DNA from: Eledone cirrhosa
Lineage: Eukaryota
Direction: 5' to 3'
NCBI GenBank assembly: GCA_964016885.1
Contig: OZ024747.1
Coordinates: forward strand, 93,496,001-93,560,000
DNA: 64,000 bases
Shown here one piece after another: positions 52,705 to 64,000 of this stretch (positions within the stretch are counted from its first letter, which is position 1; every line of letters begins with the position of its first letter). Both the position numbers and the translations under genes were made by a program. The notes beneath the pieces are model-generated. The model had not been told where the DNA came from, did not search any database, and worked only from the letters and a program-made list of their open reading frames with translations.

Positions 52705-53904
52705 GTGAGTGAGTGCATACATACAGAAACACTGATATGTGTATATGTAAATTCATTGACTTCTAAATTTATATATTTAAATGCATACATATATGTAGAC
52801 ATATATACCTCTCAAAGAGAGGCTGGTTTGGAAGTACCTGTACAATAATGTATGTACATATGCAATCACATAATACACACATAAATGCAGTAACTAATAC
52901 ATTATGCATGTAAATGAATTTATATAGACATGTAGGCATATACAAACACAAGCACAGAAATGAGAGAAAGAATATAGCAGACAGGGAAAATTGAAGAATG
53001 AGAAAGAAAGATTAAAGTGAGGTTAAAGAAGGAAGATGACTATTCTTTTTTAGAATACAAAATGACAATCCTCTATTTTAAACGTGTCTCTTCAATTGTC
53101 ACACTACCACTTCATTAGAACTTTCTGTTTTTTCCATCTCCTTTCATGAATCTGCCATCTTTACCCAAGGGGCAGCTTGGAGTCAAGATTTTTTTGTTTG
53201 TGGATTATTTGAAAATTTATTGGGAAATAATTACATTCTTTCAAGACAGTCAATCTTTTACAATTATTATACAAATATACATAGTGGTTAAAATCTGTAG
53301 GTAAAAGCAAAAATAGCCACTGTATAATGAATGTGTTTATTATTATATAAAATAGACATTTACAGTATGATAATATTGTTCTATTTAGGATGAATTTAAA
53401 CTCTTCTGGGTATTAAGTTAGTATGAAACAAAAATGAAATGTGAGTGTAAGTTGGCTAAAATAGTAACTGATTCAAAGTCAAAACAACATAATACAAAGC
53501 ATCAACAACAACAAACAAAAATACAAAAACACAATGTGTTAACAGTATTGGTGGATTGTTTGCAACTGTTGTGAATGGTAAAGGTGAAATACTTTAAGAT
53601 AGGAAAAGAATTGAGGACATGGAACAATGTTATGAATGCAATATCAAACAATGTATATATATACACAAGCAGACACAGGCACACATAGAGAATTATAGAC
53701 AGTTGGTAATAGTGTAGGAAGATAGTTCGTTAGAAATATTTCTATAGCTTCAATTTACTATGAATGCAGTTTGGAATCTTATCTGAATGTATTCTCAATT
53801 TAATAATTATAGATATACCTACATTAAATTTCAGATTATCCAAATATATGCACTGTTATGCATCCATCCATCCATCCACCCATCCATACATACATACATA
53901 TAAG

Positions 53905-54205
53905 AAAGTACTGGTGGAATGTTTCAATCAAAACACCAATAAAATGCAAACATAACAGACCAGACATAGTGATAAGTGACAGAGAGGAAAGAAGGCATGC
54001 ACAGTTACGGAAATCAGCTACCCAGAAGATGTCAGTTTAATGCTAAAGATTAGCAAAAAGGAGAACATTTATGCTGGACAAATGAGGAATCTACAGATAC
54101 TCCACCCTGACTATACTTTTAGATTTCTACCTGTGATTATTGGAGCTCTGGGATATGTTACTAACTCCCCTAATACAAAAATTGAGAAGCTGGGCTTTAC
54201 AGAAC
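53905..54205 (+). mobile_element. R4/Dong-like LINE restriction-like endonuclease fragment
   Basis: WWNVSIKT..KCKHNRPDIVI.D...E....KKENIY...FLPVIIGALG: RLE PD-(D/E)xK signature across frameshifts. Confidence 0.75.
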
Positions 54206-54384
54206 CTACACACACACAAACATATATTTCTACTTGATATTGTCTAAATTCCAACAAAAGTCTTGTTTTTATGTTAGAAACTGACTCTCTCTCTCTATTA
54301 TGCTTTCATGCATACATGCATACATACACACACACATGCATACATAAATACATGCATACATACATGCATGCATGTATATATGTT

Positions 54385-55350
54385 GATTGCTACTTCTTGT
54401 CAGAAGAGTGCCATCCCTTCATTGAACATTGCATGGTCACATGTACGCAGGTAACTTTTCGGACCAGCTTTTGTTTTGCAAATACATTCACAGATGTGAC
54501 ACTTGAACTCTATCTCCTGGTAAAACTGGCTGGGGTGTGTCTTCATGCATTCTACCATGTCTGGTCAGTCCACCTGCTGACTTGAAAATTAAGACACTTT
54601 CACTGCAAATGTACTGTGGAGTGTGTGATGGTAGAACTATCTCTTGTGGGACAGGCTCACCATGCCATACAGATAAGACTAGCCCATGAATAGCCATAGC
54701 AACATTGTCTCCTCCAAAGCGAATCAGTTCAACAGGTATTCCATCCAAGCCGGGAGCTTTCCCTATGTTTATTTCTTTGATAGTTGACCTTATCTCATTA
54801 AAGTTTGGATCATTCATCATCTCTGTTTCCATCTCCTTTTGTGGCAGTCCATTAATAATTTCCTCATCAACTACAGATGGGTTGTCAAACAGATCTTTAA
54901 AGTGTTCAGTCTACTGACTCATGTACCTGCTGGATCTTTGATGAGGACGTTCCCATCTTTTGACTTTAATGGTGCCATTTTTTAGAGTTGTGGACCCAAA
55001 ACTTGCCTTATTGTGCTTTATAGTGCCTTCAGGTCTCTGCAGTTATAAGCCTTCTGCATCTCTGTTGAAACTTCAGACCACCAGTTGTTCTTTATCTTTC
55101 GTGTTTTACTTTGCAACAGTGTTGATTTTGCTTCTTTGAAGGCCTTCTCAAAAGTGGTCTTCACTGGGCCCTCTGAAACAAGGCACTTCTCATACAGCTT
55201 GTTCTTTTCTTCAATGAGCATGGTGATTGTAACATTATTGTCATTGAACCACTCTCTGTGTTTTCTCTTCTTAAGACCAAGTGTATCAGCCCCAACACTG
55301 TAAACTTGTGTTTTAAATTGTTCCTAAGTTCCACCAAAGACAACGTTGCC
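54385..55350 (-). mobile_element. RTE-clade LINE, internally deleted (linker and RT N-terminus fused to 3' end)
   Basis: WFNDN, KNNWW, EHFKDLF and GKAPGLDGIPVELIRFGG..W..EPVPQE, then an abrupt jump to 3' sequence. Confidence 0.82.
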
Positions 55351-55379
55351 AAATGCATTTTGATGAGGAACCTACATTT

Positions 55380-57190
55380 CTACACTTTGCAGGTTACACA
55401 ACTGCTTTGTTTATCATTACAAATAATATTCACCAACGAAAAACCTCTTTCTACTTCAGCAGAACTTATTACAAATGGGTTCATGATTTGTTTAACTTTA
55501 ATTATTGTTTTTGCAACTAAAAGATTTTTCAATTGAATACTGTTTTCCACTTAGTCACAAAAAGCCTTTAAATTAATTTCAGATTTAATTCAATTCATAC
55601 AATTTTTATTTAATTCATACAATTTAATTTAATTTATATAACTTTTCTTCTCCAGATTTCCAAGGGACTCTGATTTCTTTAATATTCCATGAATTGGGGT
55701 CTAAAATGTGCAAATTTAATCATTTTAGGTGTATTCTTATGGGAATCTAAATTATCCTTTTAAAATATAATGAGCTTTTCACTCAATAACTTTGCCTTCG
55801 TTATATGTATTTCAAACTAATTTATTTTGTGTGACATTGATTTAAACTATTCCCTTTCTTATAATTGCATTCATTTTCAAGCATCACTCAATGTGCCAGT
55901 GCATTAAATGTTATTTCTCTTCTAGTAAGAATTAGAAGGGTCATCACAGACCAAGTCAGTTCTTAATCAGAGCTACTGATCTCTCAGAGTGGGCAGGCAA
56001 AGACTGAATCTTACTTACATATTCTCTGCACTAAGAAGGTCATCATGTCTTTGACACAACTGAACAGTCCTCTATACACTTTATTTGGCAAGTTTTCTAG
56101 AGCTGGATGCCCTTCCTATCACCAATGTAGATCGTTAATGTTATCTCTGATAAATGCTTTATTTTTCAACATTTTTTTTCATATAAGTAAACTTCTCATC
56201 TTAGAAAAACACACTGGTTAGATTGTTCATACAGCTTTAATAAATTTGTGATTAAAGGCGGCCCATTCTAACTATTTAAGTTTATAAATCTACAGCAATG
56301 TTTTTAAGCTGCAGCTGACTATTATTAGACTGATGAAAAAGTAGCATAAATCATGTCCTAAAAACATCATGAATATGCCCATTCCATTGATTTCATTTAT
56401 AACCTAATCAAATGTATTTTATAATCAATATCTTAAACAATGCCAACCTATAATGTCCGGAAATTCTTGAATTAAGCTTGTAGCAACTCCAAATTGTGGT
56501 CGAAACATGTTATTTGCTTTGCCAGGATGAAATCTAATCAAACTATTATTTGAATATTCTTTGCCAAAACCTGTATAAGTTAATGTTCGATATAACATAT
56601 AGATATCTTCTGCTGCTGTTATCAAATCAAGAAACATTGATGACCGACATTCTTCGTCTTCTTCTTCTTCTTTTTTTTGCCCAATGATTCCTGTGAGGGT
56701 CATGGGGGCAGAGTCATCAAACACTTCTTTCAGTGATTCTTGTAAGAAGCAACCATCTCCAATTGATCCAGCTGGATCCTCAAGCGAGACCTGCTAAACT
56801 CATGGATATTATCCAACCATCTTGCTCGGGATCTTCCCCTGGGTCTCCTGTCAGGCAATCTAATTTACATTTTAGAAAGATAACAAGCACAAATATCCTT
56901 GAAATTAATAAAACTTTGATATTATTAAATTTGGCATTTCTGGTTGATTCTGTGAAATACTCCACAATGGGAGTTACAAAAAATCATGAACATAAACAGT
57001 TCCCTAAATTGATTCTATTCTTAATTTGGAGTTTTACTTCAACTATTTTTACCCAGCTATAAACTCTACAGGTTAGTTCGATAGATATTTTATCAAAAGC
57101 TGTAATAAGAATTTCCTTTTATGTATTCATTTAACATATTAAAATATTTGTCATAAGAATTTGATTCTCATATATTTTATCAACTTTATT
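55380..57190 (-). mobile_element. Degenerate hAT transposase (DUF4371/ZNF862-like) with later insertions
   Basis: Minus strand fragments: MFLDLI..AEDIY, GVATSL...FPDIIGWHCL, FHQSN, PWKSGEEKL and the hATC motif SSAEVERGFSLVNII. Confidence 0.8.
56650..56858 (-). mobile_element. Expander-type RTE 3' end nested in the hAT
   Basis: WLDNIHEFSRSRL-like segment and (GAA)n tail interrupting the transposase frame. Confidence 0.75.
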
Positions 57191-57591
57191 TCACTATGTG
57201 TGTGTGTGCACATGTGTGTGCACATATGTATGTGTGTGTGTGTGTGTGTTGCAGATGGTTAGATTTATTTAGATAAATATTTATTCCTATCTGACACAAT
57301 GAGTGAGTGTAGTTGATTTAATAAAGTGAAAGAATGAAAGGCACAGCTGTCCCAAGCAAAACATAAACTAGGCTTCTAAAATTAAAGAAATTTGAATGGA
57401 GTAAATGTTAGAGATAGTGATTCAGCAAAGAGAGGCACAGTACCATGCTATGTATATAGTAGAGTCTGTAAGTAGAGACTGCATGATGTGTAGGCTAGGT
57501 GCAAGTGAAAATAAAATATGTATGATGTGTAGACAATATGTGACCAGCCAGAGACAATCAAAATTCCTTTCTAAATGACATTGAACGTTAT

Positions 57592-57818
57592 TTAACCCTT
57601 TAGTGTTCAAACTGGCCAAAACCAGCCAGAATTCTCTACCTCTTTCTGTTGAAACTGGCTGTAACTGGTCGCTCAAACTGATGTTAAGGTATTGTTCTCA
57701 AAATAAATACTTTCAAAATCTCATAGATTCGATATTATGTGAGATAATTATGTGAGGTAAAGCCTTTACCATGAAAATATAATAGTATATATAAAATAAT
57801 GTGAATGCTAAAGGGTTA
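57592..57818 (-). mobile_element. piggyBac-like MITE (family of 14250)
   Basis: TTAA-CCCTTTAG ... CTAAAGGG-TTA; reverse orientation relative to 14250. Confidence 0.75.
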
Positions 57819-58804
57819 CAAACACTAAAGTTCCTCCAATTTTACAGATGTGATAAACCATAAGTTGAAACTTATATTCCAAATAACTACAACTTATTGA
57901 TATAAAATAAGATAAATGATCTCCATGCATATAGAGATCTGTTATCAGATAGTGTTTTTAACCTGTAAAACATATGGCTTACAACTACGTTATGATAGGG
58001 GGGGGGGGGTATAGACACTGCAGCACAGACTTAAAAAAAGACCATGATATTTGTCCGTCACACTTATATGTATATATATAATACTTATAGTAACGACTGA
58101 TAACAACATAATTTTAAATATTATAAGAAGTTGAAGCCTTTGTTATAATAACTAATAATTTTTCAACAATATAACGTATGTGTATAGTCAAATTACGAAT
58201 ATATAATTAAACAAAAATTACTAATAAAAAATGCATTACCTTATTTATCCCTGTTTCTCGCGGAACCTTTAGTCACCAGTTGAGGAATGCTGGGTTATAC
58301 GAATGAGCCGAATACACTCATTAAAGTTTCATATAAAGGGGGATTAATTCTAAACATTAAAAAACTCACTTTCAAGTTCTGCCTTGTTAGAGTTATGTCC
58401 CCTGCTTAATTCTCAACTATAAATTTTGTATAGCTAATTGTTTTGTATCATAATATAAACAGTATATACTCTCAGGTCCCAAATAAGTGTGTGTGTTTTT
58501 GGAGGGGTAACTTTTCTAGTTGGTCTCCGTTGATTTTTTTAAAACCAGATTATACTTTTAATCTATTACTACAAATTTTCACAAAAATCTGCAAAAGTAG
58601 TATAACCATGTGCATCACATTAAAAATTTAAGTCTGCACTCTAATATTGAAAATTCTAAAAAACGATCTGTCCACTAGTAATGATGCTATAAACATTTGA
58701 ATTAACAAACCCGTTTTTTTAGATATTTTCTGTTAAATCATTATAGGATGTTAAGAGTTAAATACAACGTTGATATATATATGCGTATGAATATATTGAC
58801 ATAT

Positions 58805-59263
58805 TCATATGATGACAGTTGCATAAAAAGGTGCAGAGTACTAAAATTCAATGGAAGCCTTGGAGTGGACCCAAGAAGACCTAGAATGGGGTGATAAAAA
58901 CTGACCTTGCCCAATTGCACCTCTTAAAGGCGATGACACAGGGCGTAGACCTCTGGCATTACGTAGTAATACAGAAGGCCCAAGTTCCCACGGGTACAAG
59001 CCAAAGCTGAAGCATATAGACTATATGCCCCCACACCCCTCCCACTGTAAAGTGGTTGTATAGGCACCACGGTAAAAAAGCACCCAGTACTCACTGTAAA
59101 TGAGGTTGGTGTTAGGAAGGGCATCCAGCTGTAGAAATCAAGCCAAAATCAGTCCTGTATGAGCAAGACATGGTCACCTGACCTGGCATTGCCTACAACA
59201 GGACAACCTGCATAACCCATACTAGCGTAGAAACATTGACGTAAAATGGTGATGATGATGATG

Positions 59264-59265
<2 letters not shown>
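58805..59265 (+). mobile_element. RTE LINE 3' end
   Basis: Reverse-complement homolog of 1893-2360, with (ATG)n tail. Confidence 0.85.
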
Positions 59266-59349
<84 letters not shown>

Positions 59350-59917
59350 TACTATTGGCCAGTTATGCTTAATATGAGTGACATAAATACATTCCAGGTG
59401 TTTGAGACATATATGAATGAATATCATATGCACACATGTTCACACACTTTAAAATTATTTAATATTTTTACTTACCATAAATATTAAACTTCTGTTCTAA
59501 AGTAAGGGGGTGAGCTGTCAGTTTATATCTGGTAAATAATCATAAAGCTATAATGTGGAAAGTGATATATGTAATAAGATTAAACAATGCAAAATGGATG
59601 TTAAGATGAAGGTAACATAAAAATTAGTTACCTGGTAATCTTTGTTTTTGTTTTGTTGTTTTGTTTTTTTTGTCCTAATATTTCGGTGCTTAAAATTCCC
59701 TTTGTCAGAGTATAGGGAATTCTCAGAGAAAAACGTTGCAGTCTATTCGTTCTGAAATTAGATCTTTTTTACTTTTCTTATTCATATTATTTTTAAAGTA
59801 AAAAAACAAAACACGTATTCAATTTATTTCAGCAGACTGGGTTGGTACTCAAAGCAGAGATACTGACCCTACAGGGGGCTAGGAGGCCACATCCCACTTA
59901 GGTTCCTGCATCCTACA

Positions 59918-60335
59918 GAGTGCTCAGATGGACTGGTAGCCTGTGATTTACTTGATCCAGCACACTACTGAGTGCTCAGATGGACTGGTAGCCTGTGATT
60001 TACTTGATCCAGCACACTACTGAGTGGTCAGATGGACTGGTAGCCTGTGATTTACTTGATCCAGCACACTACTGAGTGCTCAGATGGACTGGCAGTCTGT
60101 GATTTACTTGATCCAGCACACTACTGAGTGCTCAGATGGACTGGCAGTCTGTGATTTACTTGATCCAGCACACTACTGAGTGCTCAGATGGACTGGTAGC
60201 CTGTGATTTACTTGATCCAGCACACTACTGAGTGCTCAGATGGACTGGTAGTCTGTGATTTACTTGATCCAGTACACTACTGAGTGCTCATATGGACTAG
60301 CAGCCTGTGATTTACTTGATCCAGCACACTACTGA
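59918..60335. repeat. 52-bp minisatellite, 8 copies
   Basis: Unit CTGAGTGCTCAGATGGACTGGTAGCCTGTGATTTACTTGATCCAGCACACTA; TGCTCAG register at 59921, 59973 ... 60285. Confidence 0.95.
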
Positions 60336-60898
60336 ATGCATTTTATCATGACACCAGCACCAGAGAGGATGTTATGTCCTTAACACAGCTGAGGGGTCCT
60401 CCCAACACTTTGGTAAGTTACTTATGGCTGGATGCCCTTCCTATCACCAACCACTTTAAAGAGTGTACTGGGTGAGTTTATTGTGAATCCCCAACACTAG
60501 GGAGGTTAGCTGAAAGGTCCTCCCAACCCTTCGTTTGCTGTCAGATTGAGTCACCTCTATCTGATAGCATCAGTCCATAGAAAAATTGCTAGAAAGGCTA
60601 TAAAGAAATGAAGCAACCTAGTTTGGTTGGACTCAGTAGTCCCATTAAGACAACCAGCCTAGGATATGGAGAATTCTTATTCTCAAAGCCAGCAATTATA
60701 GCACGATCTAATATGTGGCTCACTGTGCCCCAGTTTGGGACTTGGTGGTATAATAGAGAGAACATGTCTTGTATAGCACAGACAACTGGCCACTTTAAAT
60801 AAATCATTTGTGTAGGTTGTGTGATAAATCAACTGTCTACCTTGGCATCTTGTGCCTTATAAATATTGCATAAGGTTTGAAAATACACATGAGAAGTC

Positions 60899-61867
60899 AT
60901 GTTGTTTATGATGGGAGAGTCCCACATATATATTAACAACCAAAAACAAATCCTCCATTCCCATTACGCCAAACCCATGACTTCCAAACATCTGATCCAC
61001 CGAAACTCGGCCATTTCGGACCATACCAAAATCAACATACTGATTGCGGATTTGGTACGGGTGATGAGAAATGTGTCCCGCATGTGCAACCCCGAAGAAC
61101 TAGAGAGACACATACAACACTTCATCCACCGTATGCAGTTCTCTGGCTACAATCAGAGAGATAGAATCAGAGTGTATAGAGGAGCCAGAACCAAATGGGA
61201 AAAAATGGTAAATAATGACATAAATGGGACCTGCCCCTTGTATAGGAGCAAATTTTGGAATAGAATAGAAAGAACTAGGAACAAGGCCAATAGAATAAAC
61301 TCATGGTATGATAGCAATAAATACCAGAGTGTAATGTTCATCAATACAACCCCTAGAGGCGAACTAGCCTACAAATTTAGAAGGGCCCTAAATAAACATA
61401 AACTCAATATTAAGATAGTAGAAAGACCAGGTACCTCCGTAAAAACACTTATTAGCAAGACATACCCGTTCCAAAGACCCTCATGTATAGATAAGAAATG
61501 TATAACCTGTAAAATAAGCCCCCATATTAACTGTAAAACTAGAAATGTAGTGTATAGCATAAGATGTACTGAAGGACAATGTAGAAACAAAAATATAGTG
61601 TACATAGGTGAGACAGCTCATAGTATAGGGGAACGAATAAATGAACACTGACGAGACCTTCAAGATAATAAAGAATCATCTGTGCTCTACCAACATGCTA
61701 AGATAGAGCACAAGGGTAAATTAGAGAACATAGAAATAAAAATAGAATCCACACACAGAAAAGATGCAATGTTTAGGCAAATTACAGAGGCAGTAAGCAT
61801 AAAAGAATTACAACCAAAATTAAATAGAAAATATGAGTGGAACAGCAACATCACAACTTACAATTAA
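60899..61867 (+). pseudogene. Penelope-like element ORF, C-terminal part (RT thumb, Cys-rich linker, GIY-YIG endonuclease) with one in-frame stop
   Basis: HYAKPMT...SGY, CIDKKCITC, NVVYSIRC...C...YIGET...GERINEH*RDL...HAKIEH...RQITEAVSI...LNRKYEW; TGA at 61649-61651 is in frame with ORF 61682-61867. Confidence 0.88.
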
Positions 61868-62083
61868 GGACAAAATGAAAACACACACACACATAGAACA
61901 AACAACCAACCAACAACATGTAAATAAATAAACAAATAAATAAACAAATAGATAAATGAACACAAACACACACAGACACCCGGATGTGGCGCATGCGCAA
62001 ACTGAGCACACAACACACACACAGAAACAAAATGGCGTAGGACAGAAGAAAGGAAAGGCACAGAAACAAAGAAAGGAATCCCC

Positions 62084-62128
62084 AATCACTGAAGAGGTCA
62101 CAGAGTGTGTGACGAAAGGACTATGACT
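62084..62128 (+). ncRNA. Minimal hammerhead in the 3' pseudo-LTR of the Penelope-like element
   Basis: AATCA-CTGAAGA-G-GTCACA[GAGTG]TGTGAC-GAAA-GGAC-TA^TGACT. Confidence 0.72.
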
Positions 62129-62348
62129 ATATATAAACAACTATCTGGTTGTGGAACCAACCAGCCAACCAGAAATTTATAAGTTTGTAGATTTGTAAAT
62201 TTATAAATTTATAAATATATAATAAATTGAAGTGAAAGCAACTGGTGCGTGTGTTTCTTATTGGCAACATGACCCTCCCAAAGTATAACAATATCGGTTT
62301 CAACACACGATTTCAGATAAAGAATCTTGCTAAACAAATTCAGAAACG

Positions 62349-62400
<52 letters not shown>

Positions 62401-63214
62401 TTATATATGGCCGGAGTATCACTATGAGCTTTCTCCGTTTATGTATTTATATATATATATATCACAGTAAAGAGAGAATACACACATATGTGTGTGTATT
62501 ATTCTCTTTACTGTGATATAAAGAGCTCAGAATCTCTTCCTTGAGCTTATTTGATTATAAGGGAATATTGTGAATTTTTAACTCAACATTTTATATATAT
62601 ATATCATTGATGCCATGTGACTGGGATGTGATCATTCATAAGCATACAGATAATATATGCACTAACAAATATATTGCTTGATCCCTTGCTACATACACAC
62701 ACACACCACCACCACACCACATGCATCACTAAACCCCATACACATACTCACTCTTACCACACAACAAACCTCACCCAACCACACATACATATATTTGGTA
62801 GTGTATATTTATATATCAACACATTATATATATATATACACACACACAGACACACATATACATATATATATGTGTGTGTGTGTATTTGTATATACATACA
62901 TGTGTGTTTATGAGAATGTGCATATATGTAGGGGAGTGTTGATCTAGATGTTCAGTTTGAAGGAAATACGAAGCAAAGGAAACAGCAAATTAGAATCTTT
63001 CTGTAAATCTGTTTCATTGTAAATTCCTACAGAGAAGAGTAGAAACAGTTTGTTGAACATATTTTAATATGGCTTCAAATAGAAGAGAACTACTTTTATT
63101 TTTTGTAATGTTCATCTTTACTGGGAACTCACATTGTTTGTCTTCAGGTATGGGATCACTTTAGTTACTTTCTAACATATGTATTCAAACACACATACAT
63201 GTGTATATATATAT

Positions 63215-63278
<64 letters not shown>

Positions 63279-63374
63279 TATATACACATATATACATACA
63301 TATACATTTATATATAAATATATATATATATAATGATATTAAATAAATGGAAACTATATTTATAAAACCATATT

Positions 63375-63436
63375 TATTCTATTATATATATTTCAAGGGT
63401 ACCAAAAATTTTGGTACGCTATCATCAGATAAAATA
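63375..63436 (-). ncRNA. Minimal hammerhead in a TA-flanked PLE-like fragment (about 63332-63528)
   Basis: Minus strand: TATTTTAT-CTGATGA-TAGCGTACCAAAATTTTTGGTACCCTT-GAAA-TATATA-TA^ATAGAATA; 8-bp stem I, overlapping AATAAA. Confidence 0.72.
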
Positions 63437-63563
63437 CAAAATGTTTTATAAATATTTGACAGGACCAACGATAATATACCTTAACAGTTCAAGTTATCCC
63501 TGGAAAGTCAAATTAAATATCTCTTCTACATATATTTATATATATACACATATATATATATAC

Positions 63564-63636
<73 letters not shown>

Positions 63637-64000
63637 TCTATATATATAAAACTGAGGATGTCTGTCTGTCTGTGTGTGAGTTTGAATCCCTAAAACTCGA
63701 GAACCACCCAACCGACTGTTTTCAAACTTTATACATGTAATACTTATGTTTCAGGGAGTGTTCTGAACCAAAAAATTCAAATTTTCAATGCCCTAGGCAC
63801 CGCATTAGGCAATTTAGCGATCTCTCTATATAATTCTTAGTCTTTCTCTTTTTAGATAGATACATACATATAACGTCGCGCCCTTATAATATCTGTCTGT
63901 ATGTCTGGCTGTCTGCATCGCACTCGGCGCGTCAATGTATGGCTGTTAAACGGACCGCGAACGCATTCTGATTTATTCTAAAGGCTACCAGTGGAAGCAA
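63637..64000 (+). mobile_element. Helitron-like element 5' end (runs off the window)
   Basis: A|TCTATATATATAAAACTG start followed by (GTCT)n, typical of non-autonomous Helitron 5' termini; the 3' end is not visible. Confidence 0.55.

Noticed and set aside
59918-60335. 52-bp array as a CRISPR array or ribozyme array
   Set aside because: Units are contiguous with no unique spacers, there are no cas genes, the context is eukaryotic, and no hammerhead core is present in the unit.
61649-61651. In-frame TGA in the Penelope ORF as selenocysteine
   Set aside because: It falls after the EH motif, not at a Cys position. Sec-containing PLEs are the Naiad type with an N-terminal endonuclease, whereas GIY-YIG is C-terminal here. 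A nonsense mutation is simpler.

Overview
AT-rich, microsatellite-dense animal genomic DNA. The repeat repertoire resembles octopus/coleoid cephalopod DNA, which is an inference from the families present: RTE LINEs with (ATG)n tails, Expander-type RTEs, Nin-domain and Meta-domain tRNA SINEs, Penelope-like elements and TTAA MITEs. Most of the window appears to be intron of one minus-strand gene whose product I could not identify. The likely exons are a 5' exon ending at 50631, an exon at 40150-39998 containing the ATG (MAESEELE-), and a 474-bp phase 1-1 coding exon at 16321-15848, with a possible internal first exon near 9.3 kb. Nearly all ORFs in the supplied track are microsatellite noise; the remainder are TE remnants (RTE, Tx1, R4/Dong-like, Penelope GIY-YIG, hAT, mariner). 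The most striking signal is non-coding: I read 12 type-I hammerhead ribozyme motifs from about 8 distinct sequence families, most in short elements beside (TA)n tracts. The best case is a near-perfect palindrome of about 760 bp at 22426-23185. Each arm is a terminally redundant 320-nt monomer carrying a full hammerhead with a compensatory U3-A8 core, i.e. a candidate retrozyme/circular-RNA replicon. Structures were folded by eye and family names rest on motif recognition, not database searches; TE boundaries are approximate.
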